In this document: one piece after another, positions 43,558 to 52,378 of the stretch
Layout of the letters: each line of letters starts with the position of its first letter
Position numbering within the stretch: position 1 is the stretch's first letter
Assembly: GCA_028715295.1 (NCBI GenBank)
Contig: JAQUSD010000003.1
Coordinates: 1 to 52,378 of the forward strand
DNA: 52,378 nt
Source: Candidatus Nanoarchaeia archaeon
Lineage (GTDB): Archaea; Nanobdellota; Nanobdellia; JAQUSD01
Direction of reading: 5' to 3'
The notes under the pieces: generated by a model
The model's database searches: none
Told to the model about the DNA's origin: nothing
The model's input: the letters and a program-made list of their open reading frames with translations, nothing else
Program-made: the position numbers and the translations under genes

Positions 43558-45100
43558 CAAGTTTTATAGAATCACATGAATACAGGGTAAAATCTTTTGA
43601 ACTATCAACCCCAGGTGTTATGTTGTAATTTCTTCCATCTTCAGTCCTAAATAGTTTATATAAACGCTCCATTATGAGCTCGGTTTCGTTTATTTGTGAT
43701 GGAAGGTCAATAAGCGAAGAATACACAAACGGGGTTTTAGCCACTGTTTTTTCAAGAAGGCAGAACTCAACACCCAAAGAACTCTCACCAACAGCATTTC
43801 TAAAATCAGACACTTCTAAGTAAAATTCGCTTGGTAATACAGAACCCCGGGATATTGAAAATCCAACATAACCTAATCCAAAGAGCAGGTGATATAATAT
43901 CAATGAAGTGTAAACAAAAGCCCCAAATTTTTTATTTCTTAACAACTTTAATTTTCCAAAACCAAAAATACATACAATTGCAGCCGGTTGCATGAATGTG
44001 TAGAAAAATTTAACAACCATATAAAACCCCTTTAGGGAAACAGCAGAATCAGTTCTTAACTGTATAAATAAATTAATACACAACATAATCGTTATAAAAG
44101 CGAAAAAAATCAGGTAAGTGTAAACCCACTTTTTAAGAAAAATTAAATTGGCTTCTTTGAGCAAAGCCTTCAGTCCTAAAATTAACATAAAACCAATTAC
44201 AAATAGCATAAATGGATTTGGGTTTAGTATGCCCCCCATTAATATTGTATAGCCCGCCAAATTTGCGATATTGCCAGTCCTTTCAATAACACTTAAAACA
44301 TGTCCTATAAAAAGAGGGATTAATTCAAACAGGGAAAATAAAACCCCCAAAAAAAATGTTTTGTAATATTTTTTATTTTTCGACAAAAAAACAAAAATAA
44401 GTATCAGTAACCCAAAATGAGGGTATACTATAAATGTGCCAGCAGCGAAAAAGGAAGCAAGGATAAGAAGTTTGTTGTTTTTGAAATTTTCATACTCTTT
44501 TATTGCAAGCATAAATACAATGAAAAAAAAACTACCGAATAAGAATGGGAGATATCCCTGTTCAATTATCCAAAATGGAAAAATAGAAAGACCGTATAAA
44601 AAAAGCGGTTTTAAAGACGGCTTTTTTGTTATAGCAACTGTAATCTTATATAAGACAACATAGTTAAGATACATTAACACTATTGAAAAAATGAATACAA
44701 CAAAGACAAAATACTTCTGAAAAGGCTGTATCATAAAAGAAATAATTGCATCAACGCCTGCAGGATATTCATAACTCCTTGAAACTATCGCACTTTGTTC
44801 AGCCCATAATTTTCCTGCTGAAAACCTTGTATACCAGTCAAGCCCCATATCCGGAAGTACAAAATTAAGGGAAACAAATATTGTAATCACGGGCAATAAA
44901 AATAAAAAAGCAAAAAAATACGCCTTTTTTTCAGTTTCTCCTGTTATTATCTTACTGCTTAAAATGTAAGTTGTTGCAATAGATAGCCCCAAAATTAAAT
45001 AAAAGTTAAGCAAGCCAAAATAACCGAATATAATTGAGAAAGAGGTTACAAAAAATAAAAATAACGCAATTATATAAATAGTCCTCGAAATGTATGTCAT
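43547..45100 (-). CDS. Multi-pass membrane protein, GT-C-like architecture
   Basis: More than 10 TM segments, loop DMGLDWYTR...YEYPAG, soluble C-terminal tail. Confidence 0.55.
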   Translation of the reverse strand: MTYISRTIYIIALFLFFVTSFSIIFGYFGLLNFYLILGLSIATTYILSSKIITGETEKKAYFFAFLFLLPVITIFVSLNFVLPDMGLDWYTRFSAGKLWAEQSAIVSRSYEYPAGVDAIISFMIQPFQKYFVFVVFIFSIVLMYLNYVVLYKITVAITKKPSLKPLFLYGLSIFPFWIIEQGYLPFLFGSFFFIVFMLAIKEYENFKNNKLLILASFFAAGTFIVYPHFGLLILIFVFLSKNKKYYKTFFLGVLFSLFELIPLFIGHVLSVIERTGNIANLAGYTILMGGILNPNPFMLFVIGFMLILGLKALLKEANLIFLKKWVYTYLIFFAFITIMLCINLFIQLRTDSAVSLKGFYMVVKFFYTFMQPAAIVCIFGFGKLKLLRNKKFGAFVYTSLILYHLLFGLGYVGFSISRGSVLPSEFYLEVSDFRNAVGESSLGVEFCLLEKTVAKTPFVYSSLIDLPSQINETELIMERLYKLFRTEDGRNYNITPGVDSSKDFTLYSCDSIKLVKN

Positions 45101-45160
45101 TTAATCACACCTTATCTAAGTTACATAATATTTTTAAATATATATAACAAGTTTTACATT

Positions 45161-46078
45161 ATGGTTTATTTCAGTGCTATCATACCCACACTTAATGAAG
45201 AAAGAATAATTGAAGATTGTATTTTAAGTTTTAGAAAAAATAAAGATGTTGAAATAATAGTGATAGACTGCGGTTCATCAGACAAAACAGTTGAAATAGT
45301 TAAAAAATACCCTTATGTTAAACTTCTGCATACCGAGAGAAAGGGGCATTTCCACCAGAAAAATGTGGGTGTGAAGCATGCAAAAGGGAAAGTGCTTCTT
45401 TTCATGGATGCTGATATTATCCTTAGCCAAGATTTCTTCAAAAATATGAAGCAGGATTTTAAGGGTAAAAATGTAGGTATGGTAATGGCAAATGTTATTC
45501 ATGATTTTCCTGAAAAAGGTTTTAGTGCAATAAGAAAGAAAATCCATGATTATCAATACCGTCCAATTAAAAGTCCTGTTGTAAGGCAGACTAAAAATTG
45601 GAAGGATGTCGGCTCAGTTTGTTTGTGTGTCAAAAAAGAAATTTTCCAGCCGTTTGACGAACGTTCATATTATGGGTTTGGCGACTGGGAATTTTGCTCA
45701 AGAATGACAAAATACTGCAATGAAAATGATATAAAAATTCTTGTTGATGAAAGAGCAGACGCGGTTCATTTTCTTGATGATAGTATAAAGCAATATTTTA
45801 AAAAAATAAGAAGGGCCTGGTATTTTGATGGGGTTCTTGTTGTAAAGAACAAAATGTATAACAGATTCAGAGGCAGGATAATACGTTCTATTTTATCTCC
45901 CATTTTAGTTTTTCCAGCAATATTCAAATATTTTTATGAATCATCAAAAGCAAAACTAACTTTTAGAGAGACTGCTGTCTATGTTCCTGTGGCATGTTAT
46001 AGATACCTATATGGCTCATATTATTTTATAAAAGGAGTATTGAAAGAGAAATATGGAAATGCTTTTGATTTCAAATAA
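45161..46078 (+). CDS. Glycosyltransferase family 2
   Basis: IPTLNEE, DCGSSDKT, NVG, MDAD, GDWEF. Confidence 0.9.
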   Translation: MVYFSAIIPTLNEERIIEDCILSFRKNKDVEIIVIDCGSSDKTVEIVKKYPYVKLLHTERKGHFHQKNVGVKHAKGKVLLFMDADIILSQDFFKNMKQDFKGKNVGMVMANVIHDFPEKGFSAIRKKIHDYQYRPIKSPVVRQTKNWKDVGSVCLCVKKEIFQPFDERSYYGFGDWEFCSRMTKYCNENDIKILVDERADAVHFLDDSIKQYFKKIRRAWYFDGVLVVKNKMYNRFRGRIIRSILSPILVFPAIFKYFYESSKAKLTFRETAVYVPVACYRYLYGSYYFIKGVLKEKYGNAFDFK

Positions 46079-46080
46079 AA

Positions 46081-47184
46081 TTATTTTTTGAACTTAAGTT
46101 TCTTTTTTATGACTATTGCTTTTTTAGGACACATTTCATGACAGCAGTAGCAAAGAATGCATTTTTTATAATCAAAGTTGGGGTACTCATTCATTGTTAT
46201 TGCTTCAGCAGGACACTGAATAGCGCACTTGCCACATTTTATACAACTACTTTTATCAACATCAACATAACTTGAAAATATCGCGTTGAAAATCTTTTTT
46301 ATAATGCCCTCATTCTGCGAGTAAGTAATAGGTTTCTTGAAACTCATTTTTAAATCCTCAATGCTGCCACCCACAACTTCAATATCCGCGGGGATAAATT
46401 TACCTTTTTCAATACTTATCCTGATTGTTGGTATTTTCATAGGATCAAAACCCATTATTTTTGCAGCAACATAATCAAGAGCAAAAGCGTTAGTGCTTGC
46501 AAGCATAACATTGGCTTTGATAACCTCGCCTGCAGAAGGTCCGTTTCCTTCCATAGCAAGAATCCCATCCATTATATTTAATTGAGGGTTTATTTTTGAG
46601 TGTAAATCAACAAGAAACTCTGAAAAACCATCAACATTTTTTTTAGGTGATTTTGCATAACCATATCTTATATGTGCCATTTTTTTCTGACTTCCATAAA
46701 GGCACCCAAACGTGTTTTTAACAGCACCAGTCATTATTGTAAGAACGTGGGTTTTTAGTTTACATAAGTTAATTACTAAATCAGCCTCACTTATTTTTTT
46801 ACCTATAAGGATTTTTTTAATATCTTTATTATCAAGTCCAACCCTTTCGTAATCCTCATCAAAATTTGTAAATTCAGCTAAACCCTTAACAGCGTCTTTT
46901 ATACCTGTTTTTTCAAAAGTTGTAAGTGTTTTTTCAGGAGTCTTGCCTCCAGAGCCGTCACCGACATAAATTTTAACGCCTTTTTTAGAAAAATAATTCG
47001 CAACAGCCTTTACAATCTCAGGATGAGTTGTCACCGCCTTTTCAGGACCATATGGGTCAAGCATATTTGGTTTAAGAAGTATTTTTTTACCAGGAGTCTT
47101 AAAATCAAGAAGCTTAATTAATCTTTCAACACATTTCTTACTTTCAGAGTAGTCCTCTGCTTTAATCAATGCAACTTTAATCAT
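46081..47184 (-). CDS. DUF362-domain protein with C-terminal 2x[4Fe-4S] ferredoxin
   Basis: LLKPN, TTHPE, KLKTH, TGAVKNTFGC, MEGNGP; CIKCGKCAIQCP and CILCYCCHEMCP. Confidence 0.92.
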   Translation of the reverse strand: MIKVALIKAEDYSESKKCVERLIKLLDFKTPGKKILLKPNMLDPYGPEKAVTTHPEIVKAVANYFSKKGVKIYVGDGSGGKTPEKTLTTFEKTGIKDAVKGLAEFTNFDEDYERVGLDNKDIKKILIGKKISEADLVINLCKLKTHVLTIMTGAVKNTFGCLYGSQKKMAHIRYGYAKSPKKNVDGFSEFLVDLHSKINPQLNIMDGILAMEGNGPSAGEVIKANVMLASTNAFALDYVAAKIMGFDPMKIPTIRISIEKGKFIPADIEVVGGSIEDLKMSFKKPITYSQNEGIIKKIFNAIFSSYVDVDKSSCIKCGKCAIQCPAEAITMNEYPNFDYKKCILCYCCHEMCPKKAIVIKKKLKFKK

Positions 47185-48334
47185 GTTTTATCATAACTTT
47201 TGAGCATCTTACGCATGCAGGGAACATTTTTTGTTTTCTAAGCTGTTTTCTGAAGTATTTCATGTTTTTGTTGTTCCATATATCCATAAAGCTTTTTTCT
47301 TTTAAATTCCCAATGTGGTAATTAACTCTGGGGCAGGATACAACATCACCATTAGGCTTCACCCTTGCTGAGAAATATGGTTGAACACATTTCCCAATTG
47401 ATATGTCATCTGCACCAGAATACCACCTTTGTAAATCATTTAGTTCGCATAGCCCATAAGGGTAATAGGATACATTTACCCCCTTTTCTTTTGCTTTCTG
47501 TTTTACTAAAGTCATTTTTTTAGTAAGCATTTCAACATCAGGAAGCTCTTTATGCTGGATTAAATAACCTCTCCAATGAGGAGTTTGTATGTTGAATGTT
47601 TTTAAAAGCTCTTTCTCGTGTTTTTCAAGAACTTCCGGGAGCACAAAAATAAGATTTTGGTATATTAAGTTTGTTTTAAGCTCGTGTGCAATATCAACAA
47701 CCTTATCAAGACAATGTATATTTTGTTTAGAGATTGTACATCCTATAGTTATCTTTGGGGGTTTTGAATATTCTCTAGCTTTTTGAAGTAATTTTATATT
47801 TTTTATTACTTTTTTAAAATTACCCTCGCCTCTTATTTTGTCATAAGTCTTTTCATCACCATCAATGGAGATGTCTATTGAATCAAGTCCTGTTTCAACA
47901 ACTTTTTCAGGATCAAATGGGATACCATTCGTTATAACCTCGCAGTACATTCCTTTGCTTTTTATATATTTGATTATGTCGTATATGTCCTTCCTTACAA
48001 ATGGTTCCCCGCCAGTGATTACAAATCTAGGATTATATTTTGAAACACCATCAACGAAGTTTTTGATTTCTTCAAAAGTCATTTCTTCATTAAGGAATTT
48101 CTCACTTTTTGTACCCTCTTTTCTCCACCACCAGCATGTTGAACATCTCAGATTGCACCGGTGGGTTATTTCAAACATTATATTTTTAGGAGCAAAATTA
48201 TAGCCATTTGCAAAAAAATGGTATGCTATTGAATTTTTTGAAGGTAAATTTACTTTACTTAGACTTTTCAAAGTTTTTTTTATAGCCATAGTCATTTCTA
48301 AAACCATATTATTATTTAAGGGTTGCTTCATCAT
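47177..48334 (-). CDS. Radical SAM protein with SPASM/Twitch domain
   Basis: CNLRCSTC, TGGEP, TNG, SIDG; C-terminal CVQPY...GDVVSCP...IGNL...CVRC. Start uncertain. Confidence 0.92.
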   Translation of the reverse strand: MMKQPLNNNMVLEMTMAIKKTLKSLSKVNLPSKNSIAYHFFANGYNFAPKNIMFEITHRCNLRCSTCWWWRKEGTKSEKFLNEEMTFEEIKNFVDGVSKYNPRFVITGGEPFVRKDIYDIIKYIKSKGMYCEVITNGIPFDPEKVVETGLDSIDISIDGDEKTYDKIRGEGNFKKVIKNIKLLQKAREYSKPPKITIGCTISKQNIHCLDKVVDIAHELKTNLIYQNLIFVLPEVLEKHEKELLKTFNIQTPHWRGYLIQHKELPDVEMLTKKMTLVKQKAKEKGVNVSYYPYGLCELNDLQRWYSGADDISIGKCVQPYFSARVKPNGDVVSCPRVNYHIGNLKEKSFMDIWNNKNMKYFRKQLRKQKMFPACVRCSKVMIKHD

Positions 48335-49643
48335 CTCTTTTTCTTAAAGCCCTTCTAATCAAAAAATAGCTTTCTTTTATATCCCTCAACCTAATTACAT
48401 AATCAATATTAAATCCTTGTTTTTTTGCAATTAAAGCAAGAACCAAAGCAGACGAAAAAGAAACAAGAAGTATTGTAAGTCCATAACCTATTGTACCAAA
48501 ATTTAAAATAAGCAACCAACCGCCAATAAGATAAGACATAAAGGTGATGATTCTGTTAAGTATACACAAATCCATCCTTTCCTTTGCAGTAAAAAGTATT
48601 ATTATTGCTCTAAAATCAAAAATAGAGGCTATTGTTATCAAAAGAGCAATAGGATAAGTCTGTGAAAATCCTTCAAAGAGAATATCTATTACCATTTGCC
48701 CAAAAATAATAACAATAACTGTTGTTAGTATGGCAGTTAATATAGTCATTTTTATTGAAGCACTCACATATCTTTCAACTCTTTTTTTATCGTCTGCAAA
48801 TTCAGAAATTACTGGGTAAAGGGTTTGTGAAACCGAATCACGAATATTACCTAATATTATTGTTGCTTTATCAGCAAGCATAGCATACCCAAGCTCAAAT
48901 GGAGAAAGAAAAGCACCATATATGAACATAAAAATCCAAGAGCCAAACTGTTTTAGCGTATTATTTATGTATGAAAGGGTTATGAACTTACCGGCCCTCT
49001 TTTTTCCAACGCCTTCAGAATAATCTTTAAAAGGTAGCTTTTTCACATTGATTAACATAATCACCACAATCGCCGAATATGAAATAAGAGTCGTGATAAT
49101 AAGTCCCTCAATCCCCATATTAAAGCCAAAAAATAAAATCATTACAAGTCCGAGAGAAATTAATTTTTGTAATATGTGGTATGTGGCCATATTTTTGAAT
49201 CGTTTAAAGCTCCCCAAAACCGCATGCAGGATGTCATGGAGGGGTACAAAAACAACAACAGGGGAAATAACCTGGATAAGGAAAGTTATGTTTTTACCTA
49301 TTGTTAATGAAATTAAATCACTTAAAAATAAAAGAAAAAACATAACCGGGAATACAATCGCAAGTGATATTAAAAGAAGACGTTTAAAAACAGCCCGGCT
49401 TCTTTTTTCAGAAAGAAATCTTGTCATTGCACTTGTTATTGAGTCAATGCCCATAAATCCAGGGATGGTTATTATCAAACCCAGAGTATAATTAAACACA
49501 CCATATCTGTCTGGGCCGAGATAATTTGCACATACATAAGTGAATAAAAATGAAAGAATCACAAGGATTATTTTTGAAAAAGTAAGGTATCCTATCCCCT
49601 TTAGAAAAATAAGCTTGTTCTGGTCTGATTTGATTACATCCAT
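48312..49643 (-). CDS. Oligosaccharide flippase (Wzx/MOP family)
   Basis: About 12 TM segments; YLGPDRYGVFNY, YPVISE. Start moved to ATG 49643. Confidence 0.88.
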   Translation of the reverse strand: MDVIKSDQNKLIFLKGIGYLTFSKIILVILSFLFTYVCANYLGPDRYGVFNYTLGLIITIPGFMGIDSITSAMTRFLSEKRSRAVFKRLLLISLAIVFPVMFFLLFLSDLISLTIGKNITFLIQVISPVVVFVPLHDILHAVLGSFKRFKNMATYHILQKLISLGLVMILFFGFNMGIEGLIITTLISYSAIVVIMLINVKKLPFKDYSEGVGKKRAGKFITLSYINNTLKQFGSWIFMFIYGAFLSPFELGYAMLADKATIILGNIRDSVSQTLYPVISEFADDKKRVERYVSASIKMTILTAILTTVIVIIFGQMVIDILFEGFSQTYPIALLITIASIFDFRAIIILFTAKERMDLCILNRIITFMSYLIGGWLLILNFGTIGYGLTILLVSFSSALVLALIAKKQGFNIDYVIRLRDIKESYFLIRRALRKRDDEATLK

Positions 49644-49728
49644 TTTTAAATCAAAAACGTATGCATATATAATGTTTTTTAACTCTCGCCAAAAATCTTT
49701 TAAAACCTGTTCAGTAAACCTATAAGCA

Positions 49729-50853
49729 ATGAGATTGAAGATATTGATGGTATGTTGGGATTTAAGTGCAAATTCTCTTGTAAGAACGTATCCTTTTGCA
49801 AAGTTTCTTTCAAAGGAACATGACGTAAAGGTTATTGGATATTGTAGCAAAGATATTTTTTCATACTACAAAGATGATAAAGATATAAAGTATATCCCAA
49901 TCAAAAATAAGAAAAAAGTTATACCAGAGGTCATAAAACATGCAAGGGATAGTGATATTATCCATTGTTTTAAATTTGTGCCCGGAAGCTTTATGCCCTC
50001 GGTTATTGCTAAATTGTTGACTCGTAAGAAATTGGTTCTTGACATTGAGGATTATGAGTCCGCATGGAATAAATCTCTATGGATGAAATTTTGGGAGAAA
50101 ATGACATTTATAGCTGACAGAAAAATAGTTTCCACAAGTTTTCTTAAAAATAAATTTGGAGGAACTTATATCCCAACGGGCATAAATACGGAATTATTTA
50201 ATTCAACCAAGTATAATCCTAATGGGTTTAGGAAAAAGAATAATATTAAGCCGGACGAAACCGTTGTAATGTTTACAGGGACTTTTAAATTTTACAAGGG
50301 TTGTGGTGAATTAATTGCGGCATGTGAAGAACTTGTATCAGAAGGTGAGAAGATAAAATGTATCTTTGTTGGGAATATAGAAGAACGTCATAAGGATGTT
50401 GTTAGTTCAATTTATCCACAGCTTAAATCTGTTGTTTTTATGAAATCAGTAATGTTTGATGAACTCCCCAAAGTAATCTCAGGAGCAGACATTATTGCAG
50501 TTCCACAGACACAGGGCGTGGGAGAGCAGGCACAAATTCCCGCAAAAATTTTTGATGCAATGGCTATGGCAAAACCAATAATTGCAACAAAAGTGGGAGA
50601 CATACCTAATGTGGTAGCAGACGCCGGTATAATAGTTGATGATTTTACTCATGAAAACAAATCTGAATGGGTTAAAAAAGAAACACTTAGCAGAAAAGGA
50701 ATTGATGGAATAAAAGAAGCAATTAAAAAATTAGCATATTCCCAAAAATTAAGAAAAGAACTTGGTAAAAAAGCAAGGATAAGATGCGTTGAGAATTATA
50801 GCTGGGAAATTATGAAAAATAAAACACTAGAAATTTATAATTCACTCTTTTAA
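49729..50853 (+). CDS. Glycosyltransferase family 4
   Basis: TGTFKFYKG, PAKIFDAMAMAKPIIATKVGD, YSWE. Confidence 0.92.
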   Translation: MRLKILMVCWDLSANSLVRTYPFAKFLSKEHDVKVIGYCSKDIFSYYKDDKDIKYIPIKNKKKVIPEVIKHARDSDIIHCFKFVPGSFMPSVIAKLLTRKKLVLDIEDYESAWNKSLWMKFWEKMTFIADRKIVSTSFLKNKFGGTYIPTGINTELFNSTKYNPNGFRKKNNIKPDETVVMFTGTFKFYKGCGELIAACEELVSEGEKIKCIFVGNIEERHKDVVSSIYPQLKSVVFMKSVMFDELPKVISGADIIAVPQTQGVGEQAQIPAKIFDAMAMAKPIIATKVGDIPNVVADAGIIVDDFTHENKSEWVKKETLSRKGIDGIKEAIKKLAYSQKLRKELGKKARIRCVENYSWEIMKNKTLEIYNSLF

Positions 50854-51902
50854 ATACTTGAAAGACATTCAAATATTTGTGAAGTATAATACAAATCTTT
50901 AACAATTTTATTCCTTTCAATAAAATTTCTTTTAAACTTTCTTTTCATCCTAACCAATTTCTGTCTAAAAGTAAATTCATCATTTGTTATTTCAGATAAG
51001 ATATTTTTGGTAGATTGACTAAAACTTCCTTTATGGAACCGATTAAAAGAACCATCATCATTCTGAATTTTTCTAAGTATTCTTATACAGGTTTCAAATT
51101 CATTTCGAAATTTCATTTTATTAAAACAATAAGCAGCATAACCATAGGCGCCAGTTACACCGATTGAGAATATTAGATTTGATTTTTCCCATTTAAAAGA
51201 ATCTTTACTAAGTGATTCAGCAAGCCACTTAACAGCTTTTTCAGCACTTATTTTTAGATATCTATTCTTAAGTTCTGGATCAGATTTCAATAAAAAATAT
51301 AGTGTTAAGGCATGATAGTGTATATCTTTAACATCAAGCCCCCACTCATAAGGAAATGTTCTTGTCTCAGAAGAATAAGGATACGCCCCATCCTTGAACT
51401 GATATCTTACAACATTAAATATTGCCCTGTCCCTTGCTTCAAGGTATTTTTTATTTTTTGTAATAAGGTAAAGTTTATACAAAAAGGAAGCACAAGTTGC
51501 ATTTACATTAAGAACATCAGCATAATGTCTATATGATTTAATAAAATACCCCGGACTGAATTCTTTTGATAGAATATAATTGCCTGCTTTAAGTATATTT
51601 GTTCTTAACAAATTACTTTTTATTTTAAAATAAAGTTCAGAAATCATATCCCCAACAACAGCGGTTTCAACACAGCTTTCTTCGTCTAAATCTGGGTGAA
51701 TCTCGTTCCAGCTCCCATTTGGGTTTTGGGATTTTAAAATCCATTTCATTGTTTTTTCAGTTTTTTTAGGGAAATCAAGAGATTTTATTATCTCACAAGC
51801 AGAACGCGGTCTAAATAGGCCAGTATTAGGGTCTTTATATCTGCCCTCTTTGTCCGTCATTGTTAAAAAATACTCTTTTAGTTTTTTAGTTATGTCGTTC
51901 AT
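50850..51902 (-). CDS. Alpha/alpha-toroid (prenyltransferase/six-hairpin-like repeat) protein
   Basis: Repeats SQNPNGSW, YQFKDGAY, IQNDDGSF spaced by helices. Confidence 0.65.
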   Translation of the reverse strand: MNDITKKLKEYFLTMTDKEGRYKDPNTGLFRPRSACEIIKSLDFPKKTEKTMKWILKSQNPNGSWNEIHPDLDEESCVETAVVGDMISELYFKIKSNLLRTNILKAGNYILSKEFSPGYFIKSYRHYADVLNVNATCASFLYKLYLITKNKKYLEARDRAIFNVVRYQFKDGAYPYSSETRTFPYEWGLDVKDIHYHALTLYFLLKSDPELKNRYLKISAEKAVKWLAESLSKDSFKWEKSNLIFSIGVTGAYGYAAYCFNKMKFRNEFETCIRILRKIQNDDGSFNRFHKGSFSQSTKNILSEITNDEFTFRQKLVRMKRKFKRNFIERNKIVKDLYYTSQIFECLSSI

Positions 51903-52378
51903 TTTTAATTAAACTCCATCCTCCAACTTTAATAATCTGTTTTTCCATATCTTTTTTAATTTTGCCTAAAACCCTTAATAGCGGGTATTCGTTTATTTTA
52001 GCTTTAACTCTTTTTTCCCATTCTGAACATAGTTCACCCATTGTTGCTTTCCACAATCCCTCTTTATTACAGTTTCTTAGAAATTCAACTAACCCAATGG
52101 CATTAACATTTGGGTGGTACAAACCCACAATACAGCAATTAAGATTTATCAGTTCTTTTACGCTTTGTTTTATCTCCATTTTAGAAAAACATTCAAAGTG
52201 GGTTACAGGGATTTCAATTATGTCTTTATTAAGTGGTTTAAAAGGAACTGAGATATTGTTAATGCTTAACCACTTTTTCCCATATTTTCTTTTTTCTCCA
52301 TTTATGGATAATTCCGGTTATAATTAAGAATCACAACAAATACCAGATTTTTTAATCTCGTCAAAAGTGTCCGGTATA
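51886..52378 (-). pseudogene. C-terminal part of a polysaccharide deacetylase-like gene with two in-frame TAA stops (pseudogene or sequence error)
   Basis: One frame reads IPDTFDEIKKSGICCDS*L*PELS...PFKP...EIPVT...GLYHP...WKATMGEL; stops at 52324-52326 and 52318-52320. Confidence 0.55.

Noticed and set aside
52318-52326. TAA stop-codon recoding
   Set aside because: TAA terminates many conserved genes in this window at their expected ends.
180-52327. The many short antisense or overlapping ORFs in the track (e.g. 13024-13521 -, 30858-31367 +, 49048-49491 +)
   Set aside because: They lie opposite or inside well-supported genes and have no motifs; treated as shadow ORFs.
1-52378. tRNA, rRNA, inteins, integrases, prophage or defence genes
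   Set aside because: No GC-rich cloverleaf/rRNA-like segment in any intergenic gap; topA, lhr and serS have normal lengths; no matching motifs recognised by eye.

Overview
AT-rich, gene-dense archaeal chromosome segment. Evidence: class I CCA-adding enzyme, type II MetAP, Fap7-type adenylate kinase, Lhr-core helicase, class III signal-peptide pilin, and BRE/TATA promoters about 26 nt upstream of start codons. A DPANN-type genome is an inference from style, not proven. 1-21.5 kb is housekeeping (serS, topA, map, rqcH/NFACT, lhr, cca, peptidases, phosphoesterases); 21.6-52.4 kb is a large surface-glycan biosynthesis and modification cluster. The standout signal is at 14.25-20.0 kb. A 2 x 48-bp perfect tandem repeat built from eight AGTCTCA/TGAGACT motifs sits directly upstream of an orphan coiled-coil + winged-helix gene. 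That gene is followed by a 440-bp, about 17% G+C non-coding tract between convergent genes. By manual scan, nine more GTCTCA/TGAGAC copies are embedded in the coding sequences of the next ~5 kb, against only two in the remaining ~46 kb. I infer a candidate Orc1/Cdc6-independent replication origin or centromere-like (parS-like) locus with its own DNA-binding protein; an autoregulatory operator is the conservative alternative. Other notable items: a probable short-alpha2 histone with its own promoter, an RHH-nucleotidyltransferase fusion, a HIT protein lacking its catalytic His, an RqcH with QR in place of the DR motif, and three radical SAM enzymes plus a DUF362 Fe-S protein inside the glycan cluster. 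No tRNA, rRNA, CRISPR array or transposase was recognised. All calls come from motif recognition by eye; no searches were run.
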